A DNA stretch of 64,000 nucleotides, from positions 1 to 64,000 of the forward strand of contig UYFQ01000001.1 in the NCBI GenBank assembly GCA_900617105.1, read 5' to 3'. A program made the position numbers and the translations under genes. The DNA is from Hydrurus foetidus (Eukaryota). Under the pieces are notes generated by a model. That model saw only the letters and a list, made by a program, of their open reading frames with translations. It was not told the origin of the DNA and searched no databases. Shown here piece by piece: positions 50,753 to 60,399 of this stretch; the stretch's first letter is position 1; the number at the start of each line of letters is the position of its first letter.

Positions 50753-50815
50753 CCCAGCCATGTCTCGCCACTAACGCGCAAGTTAGCAGCTCAACAACTC
50801 AGCAACTTAAGCGAT

Positions 50816-52117
50816 TTACCACCAAGCTTCCACTTGCGCACCGAAGGTGGTGGCATTGTTGCGTCCAGAGATGATGCCAGCGGCATCGTTCCAGTTCACA
50901 CGGGTCGCGTACAGACGGAACTCAGGGCGAGTCCAGAAATCAGCGTTAGGTGCAAATGCCACGGCGAAGGTGCCCTTGTTCAGGGTTTTGGTGGCCATGC
51001 CGTTGGTTTTGGCATTGGTCACAGCCAATTCACCCAGCAGCTTCACGTTCTTGGCCACACCGTAAGACATGCGACCACCTAGAGAGAAGTTCTTGGTGCT
51101 GGCTGCGCCATCAGGTGTGACGGTCTCAAAGCTGACAAGTGCTTGTCCGCCAAAGCGACCCATTTGCCAATTGACTGTGTCAACGATGCGAGACTGGTTG
51201 GCACCGGCCTTGGCCATAGCAGCAGTGCCTGCCACAGTGGTCACAATGCCCGAGGCCGATTGAATCAGTGATGGTGCGGTAGCGGCGGCATCCAGGTTGT
51301 AAAACTTGCCGTCCATACCTGCGTGACCACGTGAAGTTTGAACAAACAGTGAGTTGTTCATGCCTGGCAATACAAAGTTGCTTTGGTTGTGCATCAAGCC
51401 GAGTGCGCTACCGGCTGATCCGAGTTTGAAGGTGCCGCTGACAACAGCTGCCGTCAACGTCAACTTGCCACCAGGGTTGGTGTCCAGGTCACGCAGTTGG
51501 AAGTTCACGCGCTTGGCATTGTTGGTGCTGGTGTTGCCGTTGTCCATGCTGCCATCGCTGTGAACCGCGATATTGAGTTTGGCAGAACCGACAGCAATAC
51601 CGTCCACGCCAGCGCCGTAGTTGTCACCGTCTTGCATCAACCAGTTGTCCACCATGTGGATATCGGCAATACGGTGGTAGCGCTGACCTGCCCAAAATGT
51701 GAGGTTGGGCGCGAATTCCAAGCCCGATAAGTCTGTGTAGATTTGTTTGGTTCCAGACGAGCCGTTGTACACGTAGGGCATGTAGTAAGTGCCCCATTTC
51801 ATGCCGCCACCCAGGTCAAATTTTTTGCCCAGTCGCAACTCAAAGTAGTTGTTGCCTTCGTTGCCCAAACGGTAAAACTGTGTACTGCCGCCAAGTGAGT
51901 ATCCGCCTTTGGGCGCGTTATTAGATGCACCGTAAAAACCGCTGCGCATGTAGCCAGCAAAGTCAATGCCCAAGGCATCGGTTACTTTTTGTGCGTTGGC
52001 ACCGATCTTCGAGATCATGTCGACTTCTGAAGGCGTGTCGGCTTGCGCGAAAGCAGGTGCGCCCATGGCGACCAAGGCCGCAGCGATGGCGGTAGTGCGA
52101 AGTTTGTGGAATTTCAT
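50816..52117 (-). CDS. lamB: Maltoporin/LamB-family carbohydrate porin
   Basis: DFAGYMRSG, YRLGNE..YFEL, FWAGQRY, FWTRPEFRLY, C-terminal FGAQVEAWW. Confidence 0.9.
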   Translation of the reverse strand: MKFHKLRTTAIAAALVAMGAPAFAQADTPSEVDMISKIGANAQKVTDALGIDFAGYMRSGFYGASNNAPKGGYSLGGSTQFYRLGNEGNNYFELRLGKKFDLGGGMKWGTYYMPYVYNGSSGTKQIYTDLSGLEFAPNLTFWAGQRYHRIADIHMVDNWLMQDGDNYGAGVDGIAVGSAKLNIAVHSDGSMDNGNTSTNNAKRVNFQLRDLDTNPGGKLTLTAAVVSGTFKLGSAGSALGLMHNQSNFVLPGMNNSLFVQTSRGHAGMDGKFYNLDAAATAPSLIQSASGIVTTVAGTAAMAKAGANQSRIVDTVNWQMGRFGGQALVSFETVTPDGAASTKNFSLGGRMSYGVAKNVKLLGELAVTNAKTNGMATKTLNKGTFAVAFAPNADFWTRPEFRLYATRVNWNDAAGIISGRNNATTFGAQVEAWW

Positions 52118-52211
52118 CTGAGGTATCTCCAAGTTTTTTGAGACTAGCGGGGCTTAAGAAAACCAAGGCTGATGAGGCCGAGGTAGGGGGAACAGAAAAT
52201 AAAAGGGCTGC

Positions 52212-52244
52212 AAAAAAGGACGGTGCCGGTTGAAGGGCACCGCC
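52212..52244 (-). terminator. Terminator-like hairpin between pgmB and lamB
   Basis: Minus strand GGCGGTGCC-CTTCAACC-GGCACCGTC followed by CTTTTTT. Confidence 0.65.
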
Positions 52245-52257
52245 AAGCTCGCATAAT

Positions 52258-52293
52258 TTAATTATTCGTTAATTAATTATTTGTTAATTAATA
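52258..52293. repeat. AT-rich 15 bp tandem repeat upstream of lamB
   Basis: ATTATTCGTTAATTA (52261-52275) and ATTATTTGTTAATTA (52276-52290). Confidence 0.7.
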
Positions 52294-52341
52294 AAAAATA
52301 GACAGCTGGGATAAACCCTAAAAAGCCTTCAACACAAGGTG

Positions 52342-53013
52342 CTAACGCAGGTAATCCGAGGGGTTGAACACCAGCAAATTCGCAATCACATGGTCGGCTT
52401 CGCCCAGTACCTGGGGGCTGCCCACACCGATCGCCACCATGCCTGCCGCTTTGATGGCCTGCACGCCAGCGGCGGCATCTTCCACGCCGATGCAGTTCTC
52501 TGGCAGGGTGCCCAAAGCGGTGGCTGCTGAGAGAAAGACCTCGGGATCAGGCTTGCTGTGGGCGATGAAATTCGAGTCCACCACATGGTCAAACATCGCG
52601 GTGATGCCCAAGCGGTTCAGCACTGCCAGGGCGTTTTTGCTCGCCGATGCCAAGCCCACGCCACAGCCTGCATCGCGCACCGCTTGCAGCGCGGCCAGCG
52701 CACCGGGCAGCACATCGGCAGGGGTGATGGTGTTGATTAATTGCACATAAGCGTTGTTTTTTTGCATTGCCAAGGCGTCTTTTTCCACCGATGAATAGCT
52801 GCGTGTGCCTTTCGCCAAGATCAGGTTGAGCGAATCCATGCGTGACACGCCTTTGAGCTGCTCGTTGAACGCTTCATCAAACGCGATGCCTTGGTTCTGG
52901 GCCAAATCGCGCCACGCCACAAAGTGCAGGTGCGCGGTGTCGGTGATGACACCATCGAGGTCAAAAATGAACGATCGGGCGAAGGCACGAGCAGAGGTAG
53001 AGGTTGAAGTCAT
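52342..53013 (-). CDS. pgmB: Beta-phosphoglucomutase
   Basis: HAD motif FDLDGVITDTA, LKGVSRMDSL, ASASKNA, KPDPEVF, VEDAAAG. Confidence 0.94.
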   Translation of the reverse strand: MTSTSTSARAFARSFIFDLDGVITDTAHLHFVAWRDLAQNQGIAFDEAFNEQLKGVSRMDSLNLILAKGTRSYSSVEKDALAMQKNNAYVQLINTITPADVLPGALAALQAVRDAGCGVGLASASKNALAVLNRLGITAMFDHVVDSNFIAHSKPDPEVFLSAATALGTLPENCIGVEDAAAGVQAIKAAGMVAIGVGSPQVLGEADHVIANLLVFNPSDYLR

Positions 53014-53033
53014 GGGCAGTTCAATTCAAAAGA

Positions 53034-55412
53034 TCAATGTGCGGACGCAACGAAGATTTTTTCAGGCTGATCGGCACTGAGTTGCACGGATGCGCCTCGG
53101 TGAACCAAGGCCAGCGCTGCACCTTGCAGCAGCCGGTAGGTGCAGCCATCCGCCGTCATCACCACCTGCAATTGCGCCGCTCCCAGGTGCAACTTGAAGG
53201 CGTAGCGCGTCCAGCCCGCAGGCAGGTGGGGGGCAAAGTGGGCCAGGCTGCGCTGCATGCGCAAACCCGCAAAACCTGCCACCACACCCAGCCATGCACC
53301 GGCCATCGCGGCGGTATGCACGCCGTGGTGGCTGTTGTGGTGGTGGTCGTCCAAATCAGCGCGGGCCCCTTCGACGAAGTAGCTGTAAGCCTTGTCGTGG
53401 TAGCCCACCTCGGCGGCGACGATGCCAAAAATGCAGCGCGACAGGGAGGAATCGTGCGTGGTCAGCGGCTCGTAGTAGTCAAAGTCACGCTTTTTGTCTT
53501 CGGCGGTGAATTTTTCGCTCAGCAGCAGCAAAGCCAGCAGCACGTCCGCCTGTTTGCAGACCTGATGGCGGTAGATCACCAGCGAGTGGAAATGCAGCAG
53601 CAGCGGGTGTTTGTCAGGCGGCGTGCCAGCCATGTCCCAGCGCGGTTTGGAGAGGAAGCTGTCGTCTTGCGGGTGGATGCCGCGCTCAGCGTTGTACGGC
53701 AAGTACATGCACTCGGTGGCTGCACTCCAACGGGCAGGCTCCGCAGATGTCAAGGCGATTTTGGCCGTCACCCGTGCCAGCGTGGGTGCATCTGTAGTGC
53801 TCAGCCATTGCGCAATCTCGGTGGCAAAGCCCAAGTGCATCTGCGCCATCGCGTTGGTGTAGAGGTTGTTGTTGACCAGTGCGGTGTATTCGTCAGGGCC
53901 GGTCACGGTGTGGATGCAAAAGCGCTGGGTGCGCCCATTCTCAAACTGGCCTTGCTCAAAGTGACCCAGACCCAGCCAAATGCGGGCCGTCTCGAAGACC
54001 AACTCAGCACCGTGCTGGCGCATGAAATCGTCGTCGCCGGTGGCTTCCCAGTAGCGTTTGACGGCAAAAGCGATGTCGGCGTTGATGTGGAACTGCGCCG
54101 TGCCTGCTGGGAAGTACGACGAGCACTCTTCACCGGCGATGGTGCGCCAGGGGAACAGCGCACCGTGAGGGTGTGACATTTCACGGGCGCGGGCACGAGC
54201 CGCATCCAGCGTGTTGAAACGGAATTCCAGCAGCTTGCGGGCGGTTTGCGGCTGGGTGTGCAACATCACCGGGAAGACGTAAATCTCGGTGTCCCAAAAA
54301 TAATGCCCGTCGTAGCCGCTGCCGGTCACGCCCTTGGCGGCGATGTTGGTGCGGCCATCGCGGCCCACGGATTGCAGCAGGTGCAGCAGGTTGAAGCGCA
54401 AACCCTGTTGCAGCGCGTCGTCGCCGTCGATCTCGACATCGGCGTCTTGCCAGTAACGGGTCAGGAACTGCTGCTGCTCGATGCAGAGGGCAGAAAACCC
54501 ATCATTTCCGGCCTTGTTGCATAACTGGTGGGCGTGAGAAGCTATTGTTTCAGTAGCGTTTTCTAGCGAGGTGACGAGCGCACAGGTCTTGGTCAGGCGC
54601 AGGGACTCGCCTGCGGCCAAGGTGGTGCTGAAGCGCTCACCGGGGCCGTCGTCGTTGCCACAGGTTTCGCGACTCACGCGGTCAGGGTTGGTGCATTGGA
54701 TGCTGTGGTGCAGGCTGCTGGCGACGGTCAAACCGCTGCGTTTGGTGCGGTGCGTCAATGTGACACCGCCACCATCCTCAAGGCTGTGGCGTTCGGTGTT
54801 GAGCCGCACCAGCGCATTGGCCGCGTGGGCTGAACCGACACGGGGGTCGTCGCTGGCTTCGAGCTGGCGAGATTGCGCGGTGAGGGATGAATCCACCACG
54901 ATGTGCGCTTCTTTGTCCAGCGGGCACAGGGTGAAGTCAATGGCGTAGAGGTTGGGGCGCTCAAAGCTGACCAACCGGCGGCTTGTCACCGCCACCCGTG
55001 TGCCTTGAGGGGACACCCAGACAAATTCGCGCTTGAGTAAGCCTGTTTTGAAATCCAACGTGCGTGTGTAGCCGTCGATATGGCCTGTGGCCGGATCAAA
55101 CAGCTCGCCGTCCACGCTCCACTGCACCGCTTTGCCGTTCGGTACGCTGACCATGAACTGGTTGTTGCGGGCCAAGCCATACGCGTTTTCGGGGTAGCGT
55201 ATTTCTTCAGTGTCGTAAAACCCGTTGATGTAAATCGCGTCTTGCGATGTACCGGCCCAGCACGCCCCTTCCTCATGGGCACCGCGCACACCGATGCGGC
55301 CATTGCCCACGGTGAACAGGGTTTCGTGCAAGGCGGCTTTGGCCGCATCGGGGCTGGATTCGCACAGCTGCCAGGGGGCAACGGTGTCAGCGCAAGAGGA
55401 GTCGTGGGTCAT
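53034..55412 (-). CDS. GH65 glycoside phosphorylase (maltose/trehalose/kojibiose phosphorylase family)
   Basis: ETLFTVGNG, AKGVTG..YDGHYFWDTE, FPWRTI, TGPDEY, KQADV, HDSSLS. Confidence 0.93.
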   Translation of the reverse strand: MTHDSSCADTVAPWQLCESSPDAAKAALHETLFTVGNGRIGVRGAHEEGACWAGTSQDAIYINGFYDTEEIRYPENAYGLARNNQFMVSVPNGKAVQWSVDGELFDPATGHIDGYTRTLDFKTGLLKREFVWVSPQGTRVAVTSRRLVSFERPNLYAIDFTLCPLDKEAHIVVDSSLTAQSRQLEASDDPRVGSAHAANALVRLNTERHSLEDGGGVTLTHRTKRSGLTVASSLHHSIQCTNPDRVSRETCGNDDGPGERFSTTLAAGESLRLTKTCALVTSLENATETIASHAHQLCNKAGNDGFSALCIEQQQFLTRYWQDADVEIDGDDALQQGLRFNLLHLLQSVGRDGRTNIAAKGVTGSGYDGHYFWDTEIYVFPVMLHTQPQTARKLLEFRFNTLDAARARAREMSHPHGALFPWRTIAGEECSSYFPAGTAQFHINADIAFAVKRYWEATGDDDFMRQHGAELVFETARIWLGLGHFEQGQFENGRTQRFCIHTVTGPDEYTALVNNNLYTNAMAQMHLGFATEIAQWLSTTDAPTLARVTAKIALTSAEPARWSAATECMYLPYNAERGIHPQDDSFLSKPRWDMAGTPPDKHPLLLHFHSLVIYRHQVCKQADVLLALLLLSEKFTAEDKKRDFDYYEPLTTHDSSLSRCIFGIVAAEVGYHDKAYSYFVEGARADLDDHHHNSHHGVHTAAMAGAWLGVVAGFAGLRMQRSLAHFAPHLPAGWTRYAFKLHLGAAQLQVVMTADGCTYRLLQGAALALVHRGASVQLSADQPEKIFVASAH
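54501..54558 (-). repeat. Dispersed ~50 bp motif copy inside the GH65 CDS
   Basis: Core GCTATTGTTTCAGTAGC at 54541-54557 with conserved flank. Confidence 0.78.
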
Positions 55413-55483
55413 GGGAACGGGTGAATTCGGATGGCAATGGGTTGGCAGAAAGGGGCGGAATTAAGGGGCGGCAGAACGGCCCG

Positions 55484-56234
55484 TTAAGCCGCCATCGCAG
55501 TGCGTGAAATCGACACGCCAGCCAGCATCGGCTGGCTCAAAACGCTGGGCGCTGTGGTGCGCTTGCAGGCCACGTCGTTGCTGTCAAACAGGTGCAGGCA
55601 GTGCGGGGGGAAGTACAGGTGGACGGGGTTGCCGATCGACACGCTGGAATGCCCGCTTTCGCGCACCGTGACCAGCTCGCCGCCGGTCAAGCGCACGTAG
55701 ATGTAGCTGGCTTCGCCGAGTTGCTCTAAGAAAGCCACCAAGCCAGTGACCACGTTGTCCCCGCCGGGCGGTACGATTTGCACATGCTCAGGCCGCACAC
55801 CCAGCGTGACATCGCTGTCGGCACTCAGGTGTTTGGCGTTGACTTCAGCGCGACAAGCCACATCGGCCACGGTGGCTACGGCGGTGTTGTCGCTGGCCAT
55901 CGTCAGTTTCGCGGCGATAAAGTTCATCTTGGGGCTGCCAATGAAACCGGCTACGAACTTGTTCACCGGGTGGTGGTAGAGCTGCAACGGTGCACCGAAC
56001 TGAGCCACGCTACCGTCGCGCTGCACGGCTTCACCGGCGTTGAGCAGCACGATTTTGGTGGCCAAAGTCATTGCTTCGACTTGATCGTGCGTGACGTAAA
56101 TCATGCTGGCGCTGCCAATGTCTTTGTGCAGCTTGGCGATTTCTAAGCGGGTCTGCACGCGCAAAGAGGCGTCCAGGTTGGAGAGGGGCTCGTCAAACAA
56201 AAACACATCGGGTTCGCGCACGATGGCGCGGCCA

Positions 56235-56266
<32 letters not shown>

Positions 56267-56671
56267 TTCTTTGGGCAGGCGTTGCAAGAGCAAATCGAGC
56301 TGCAAAATTTTGGACGCTTTGCGCACGCGCTGGTCTACCGTGGCGTTGTCGGTTTTGGCTTGCTTCAGGCCAAAGCCCATGTTGTCGTACACCGTCATGT
56401 GCGGGTACAGCGCGTAGCTTTGGAACACCATAGCGACACCCCGGCGCGATGGGGGTGTCTCATTAACGCGTTTGCCCTTGATGCTCAGCTCGCCGCTGGT
56501 GATGTCTTCCAGGCCAGCCACCATGCGCAGCAGCGTGGATTTACCGCAGCCCGAGGGGCCAACGAAGACGACGAATTCGCCGTGTGCAATGTCCAGGTTC
56601 ACATTGCGGATGGTGTCGAGGCTGGCACCGCTGTAGCGTTTGTTGACATCACGGAAGCTAATTTCAGACAT
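55484..56671 (-). CDS. Sugar ABC ATP-binding protein (MalK/AglK-like)
   Basis: GPSGCGKST, VFQSYALYPHM, LSGGQRQR, FDEPLSNLD; TOBE-like C-terminus. Confidence 0.95.
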
Positions 56672-56700
56672 GGTGGTTTCCTAGGGAGTTCGAGGGGGGC

Positions 56701-58401
56701 TTACAAAACCGCGTAAACCGCGCCGTAGGGCGGAAGCACGAGGGTTTGCGCGTCGATGGCACCGTGGGGCAAGGGGTGCGTGATGGCTTGGAACGCTTGC
56801 AGTGCGTCGGGCAGGCGGTAGTGGCTTGTGCTGCCGCTCAGGTTGAAAGCGCACAGCAGTGCAGGCAAACCAGGGGCTGTAGCGTGGCGTACAAAAGCCA
56901 AGACAGCATCGTCAGCGGGCAGCAACTCAATGGCACCCACCCGCAGTTGCGGATGTTCGCGTCGCCATGCCAGCATCTCGCGGTAAAAATGGAACAACGA
57001 GCTGTCTTGGTGGGTTTGACCCAATGCGGCCAGTGGCACATGCTCTGGTGCAACGGGCAACCAAGTGGTGGCCCCGCTGCTGAAGCCTGCATGCGGCGCG
57101 TTGGCATCCCACACCATAGGTGTGCGGCAACCGTCACGGCCCCGGAATTCGGGCCACATGGTGATGCCGTAAGGGTCTTGCAGTTGCTCGAAAGGCACCA
57201 GCACTTCGGTCAGCCCGAGTTCGTCACCTTGGTAAATGCAAGGCGAGCCGCGCAGGCTGATTTGAAGCGCAAAAATCAGGCGCAGCCATGCGGCGTTATC
57301 GCTGTTGGTGTCGCTGTCGGCATCCGTATTGGTGCCGCTGTTTTGTGCCCAGCGGGTGGCGACACGGGGTACGTCGTGGTTCGATAGCGACCAGCAAGCC
57401 CAGCCGTCCGTCACGGCTGTTTCAAAGCGCTGGATCACGTCATGGATGAAGCGTGCATCGCAGCGTGGCCCCAGCAAGTCGAAGCCGTAAGCCATGTGCA
57501 GCTTGTCGCCGCCACCGGTGTACTCGGCGATGCGGGCCAGGGTGTCGTCGTCGCCAATTTCGCCCACGGTGGCAATGTTGGGGTATTCGTTCAACAGATG
57601 GCGCAGGCGCTGCAAAAAGGCGATGTTCTCGGGCTGGCTTTTGTCAAAGTGGTGCCATTGCCACGCATAGGGCGTGACGGTGTTGACGGCGGGGTCGTAC
57701 TTGACTTTGTCACGCGGTGGGTTGTTGCGCAGCTTGGCGTCGTGGAAGCAAAAATTAATCACATCTAAACGGAAGCCATCCACGCCACGGTCTAACCAAA
57801 AGCGCACCGAATCCAACGCAGCGGCTTGCACGTCGGGGTTGTGGAAATTCAAATCTGGCTGGCTGCTCAGGAAGTTGTGCAGGTAGTACTGGCGGCGGCG
57901 GGTGTTCCACTGCCAAGCGCTGCCGCCAAAGATGGACTGCCAATTGTTGGGCGGCGTGCCATCGGCCTGCGGGTCGGCCCAGACGAACCAGTCGGCACGC
58001 GGGTTGTCGCGGCTGGAACTGGACTCCATAAACCAAGCGTGCTGATCCGAGCAGTGGCTGAGCACCTGGTCAATCATGACCTTGAGGCCGTGGCTGTGTG
58101 CCGTCTTGATGACCGCATCAAAGTCGTCCAGCGTGCCAAACATCGGGTCAACTTGTTTGTAATCGGCAATGTCGTAGCCAAAATCCTTCATCGGGCTTTT
58201 GAAGAAGGGCGACAGCCAGATTGCGTCTACGCCCAGCTTGGCGAGGTAGGGCAGGCGTTGCACCACGCCGGCCAAGTCGCCAATGCCGTCACCGTTGCTG
58301 TCTTGAAAGCTGCGGGGATAGATTTGGTACAGCACGCCGCCGCGCCACCATTCGGCGCCTGTGCTGTTGCCCGCGTTGTCTAAGGTTTGTGTCGTCGTCA
58401 T
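56701..58401 (-). CDS. GH13 alpha-glucosidase (AglA-like)
   Basis: WWRGGVLYQIYPRSF, DFGYD, QPDLN, GVDGFRLD, VGE, SNHD, YQGDELG, RDGCRTPM. Confidence 0.93.
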   Translation of the reverse strand: MTTTQTLDNAGNSTGAEWWRGGVLYQIYPRSFQDSNGDGIGDLAGVVQRLPYLAKLGVDAIWLSPFFKSPMKDFGYDIADYKQVDPMFGTLDDFDAVIKTAHSHGLKVMIDQVLSHCSDQHAWFMESSSSRDNPRADWFVWADPQADGTPPNNWQSIFGGSAWQWNTRRRQYYLHNFLSSQPDLNFHNPDVQAAALDSVRFWLDRGVDGFRLDVINFCFHDAKLRNNPPRDKVKYDPAVNTVTPYAWQWHHFDKSQPENIAFLQRLRHLLNEYPNIATVGEIGDDDTLARIAEYTGGGDKLHMAYGFDLLGPRCDARFIHDVIQRFETAVTDGWACWSLSNHDVPRVATRWAQNSGTNTDADSDTNSDNAAWLRLIFALQISLRGSPCIYQGDELGLTEVLVPFEQLQDPYGITMWPEFRGRDGCRTPMVWDANAPHAGFSSGATTWLPVAPEHVPLAALGQTHQDSSLFHFYREMLAWRREHPQLRVGAIELLPADDAVLAFVRHATAPGLPALLCAFNLSGSTSHYRLPDALQAFQAITHPLPHGAIDAQTLVLPPYGAVYAVL

Positions 58402-58406
58402 GGCGC

Positions 58407-59252
58407 TCAACCCTTCACCGCACCAGAGGTCAAGCCACCCACAATCTTGCGCTGGAAGGCCAAGACAAGAGCGATCAAAGGCAGCGTCACCAACACCGAT
58501 GCCGCCATGATCTTGCCCCATGGGATTTCATATTTGTCAGCACCGCTGATGAGCGAGATGGACACCGGCACGGTGCGGTCGTTGTTGTCCAGCACGAAGG
58601 TCAGTGCGAACATGAACTCGTTCCATGCGGCGATGAAAGCCAGCAAGCCGGTGGTCACCAAAGCAGGCCACATCACGGGTAAAAACACCTTGGTGATGAT
58701 GCCCCAGGGGGTGCAACCGTCCATGATGGCGGCTTCTTCCAGCTCTTTAGGCAGGTCACGCACAAAGGTGGTCAGCACCCACACGGTGAAGGGCAGGGTG
58801 AACACCATGTACGGCAGCGTCAGGCCCCACCAGTGGTTGTACAAGCCAAAAGCTTGCATCAGCTCAAACATGCCAGAGAGCACCGCCACCTGGGGAAACA
58901 TGGACACGGCGAGGATGGTCATCAAGATCAAGCCCTTGCCTTTGAACTGGATGCGACCCAGTGCGTAAGAAGCCGTCACGCCCAGCAGCAGCGAGGCTAC
59001 CACCACCAAAAACGCCACGCCCAAGGAGTTGAAAATGTGGCGGCCAAAGGGCTGCTCGGCCACCATGAAGAGCGAGATGTAGTTCTTCATGCTCGGTGCC
59101 ACCGGCCACAGCGAGGTGCTGAACAGCTCGGTGCCTGATTTCAACGAGGTGACGATGGCGAAGTAAAACGGGAACAGGCAGAAAAGCGAGATCACCGCGA
59201 CGAGGAAGTACAGGCCGATCGTGCCGAGGATTTTTTGGTGGTTCTGATCCAT
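58407..59252 (-). CDS. Carbohydrate ABC permease (MalG-like); alternative start 59276
   Basis: ELEEAAIMDG EAA loop, AWNEF, GLTSGAVKG. Confidence 0.94.
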   Translation of the reverse strand: MDQNHQKILGTIGLYFLVAVISLFCLFPFYFAIVTSLKSGTELFSTSLWPVAPSMKNYISLFMVAEQPFGRHIFNSLGVAFLVVVASLLLGVTASYALGRIQFKGKGLILMTILAVSMFPQVAVLSGMFELMQAFGLYNHWWGLTLPYMVFTLPFTVWVLTTFVRDLPKELEEAAIMDGCTPWGIITKVFLPVMWPALVTTGLLAFIAAWNEFMFALTFVLDNNDRTVPVSISLISGADKYEIPWGKIMAASVLVTLPLIALVLAFQRKIVGGLTSGAVKG

Positions 59253-59296
59253 GAGTGTCTTTGTTGTTGGGGTCAATGACGGTCAGTAACAGTCAG

Positions 59297-60235
59297 TTAG
59301 GGCTTGCCACCCAGGTCAACTTTGGAGACCTTGATGTAGATGAGGGTGCAAGCGGCGATGATGAGGAACAGCACGGTGGAGGCGGCAGAGCCATAGCCCA
59401 CGTAGTTGTTGTCCACAATCTCGCGGCGAACAAAGCCGGACATGCTGATGGTGTCCACGCTGTTGGAGGTCATCACGTAAATGATGTCGAACACGCGCAG
59501 GGCATCGAGCAAACGGAAAATCACGGCGACCATCAGCGCGGGCCAAATCAGGGGCAGCGTGACTTTGAAAAACACTTTGATGGGGTGAATACCGTCCACA
59601 TAAGCGGCTTCGTAGCAATCGCGGGGCAGCATTTGCAGCGCGGCGAGCACCAGCAGGGCCATGAAGGGGGTGGTTTTCCACACGTCCACCAGCACCACTG
59701 ACCAGAGTGCGAAATTCGGGTCAGCCGTCCAGGCGATGTTGTGGTCGATGATCCCGGCGCTGCGCAGCATGGCGTTCATCACACCAAACTGGTCGTGCAT
59801 GATCCAGGCCCACATCTTGGCGGACACGATGGTGGGGATGGCCCAAGGCACCAGCACGGCGGCGCGCACAAACGCACGGCCTTTGAATTCAGCGTTCAGC
59901 ACCAGGGCGAACATCACGCCCAAGAGTGTTTCAAGCACCACGGACACGATAGAAAATTTGAAGGTATTGCCAATGGCCATGCCCCAATCGGTCTTCCAGA
60001 AACCATCGGCATAGCCAAAATTGAAGACACCGTACTCACCGAAGTAATTGCTCAGGCCCACCATGTGGTAGCTGGATTCGCCAATCGTCTCTAGATTGGC
60101 ATCGGTGAAGCTGAACCAAATGGTGCGCCCCAGCGGCCAACCCGCCACCATCAGCAGCACCAACAACGTGGGGGCGAGAAATATCCACGCGCTGCGGGTG
60201 CGCTCGCGGGTGAGTTCAGACTTGGGATTACTCAT
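59297..60235 (-). CDS. Carbohydrate ABC permease (MalF-like)
   Basis: VGLSNY, PWAIP, VWKTTPF, YEAAYVDG, RVFD. Confidence 0.94.
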   Translation of the reverse strand: MSNPKSELTRERTRSAWIFLAPTLLVLLMVAGWPLGRTIWFSFTDANLETIGESSYHMVGLSNYFGEYGVFNFGYADGFWKTDWGMAIGNTFKFSIVSVVLETLLGVMFALVLNAEFKGRAFVRAAVLVPWAIPTIVSAKMWAWIMHDQFGVMNAMLRSAGIIDHNIAWTADPNFALWSVVLVDVWKTTPFMALLVLAALQMLPRDCYEAAYVDGIHPIKVFFKVTLPLIWPALMVAVIFRLLDALRVFDIIYVMTSNSVDTISMSGFVRREIVDNNYVGYGSAASTVLFLIIAACTLIYIKVSKVDLGGKP

Positions 60236-60250
60236 GGGTTCTCCAGGCTC

Positions 60251-60294
60251 AAAAAATTCACGGGCTGCTGTCGCTTAAGGCCAGCAGCCCGTGA
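60251..60294 (-). terminator. Terminator/attenuator hairpin between the SBP and first permease genes
   Basis: TCACGGGCTGCTG-N11-CAGCAGCCCGTGA with a minus-strand T run. Confidence 0.7.
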
Positions 60295-60399
60295 CAGGGG
60301 CTCGGTGGTTGATGGTCAACCGCCTGCCGCTACCTGCCATCAGTCACGGCTGATGGCTTGGGATTTGCCAATGTGCAATATGCAATTGGCAATCGCCAC

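Noticed and set aside
52169..52200. Hammerhead ribozyme (CTGATGAGGCCGA..GAAA)
   Set aside because: No complementary strand for stem II and no stems I/III could be formed.
53004..54176. Long antisense ORFs (53004-54176, 43083-44411, 16321-17469, 35655-36719)
   Set aside because: They lie opposite well-supported genes, have no recognisable motifs, and are expected from high-GC codon bias.
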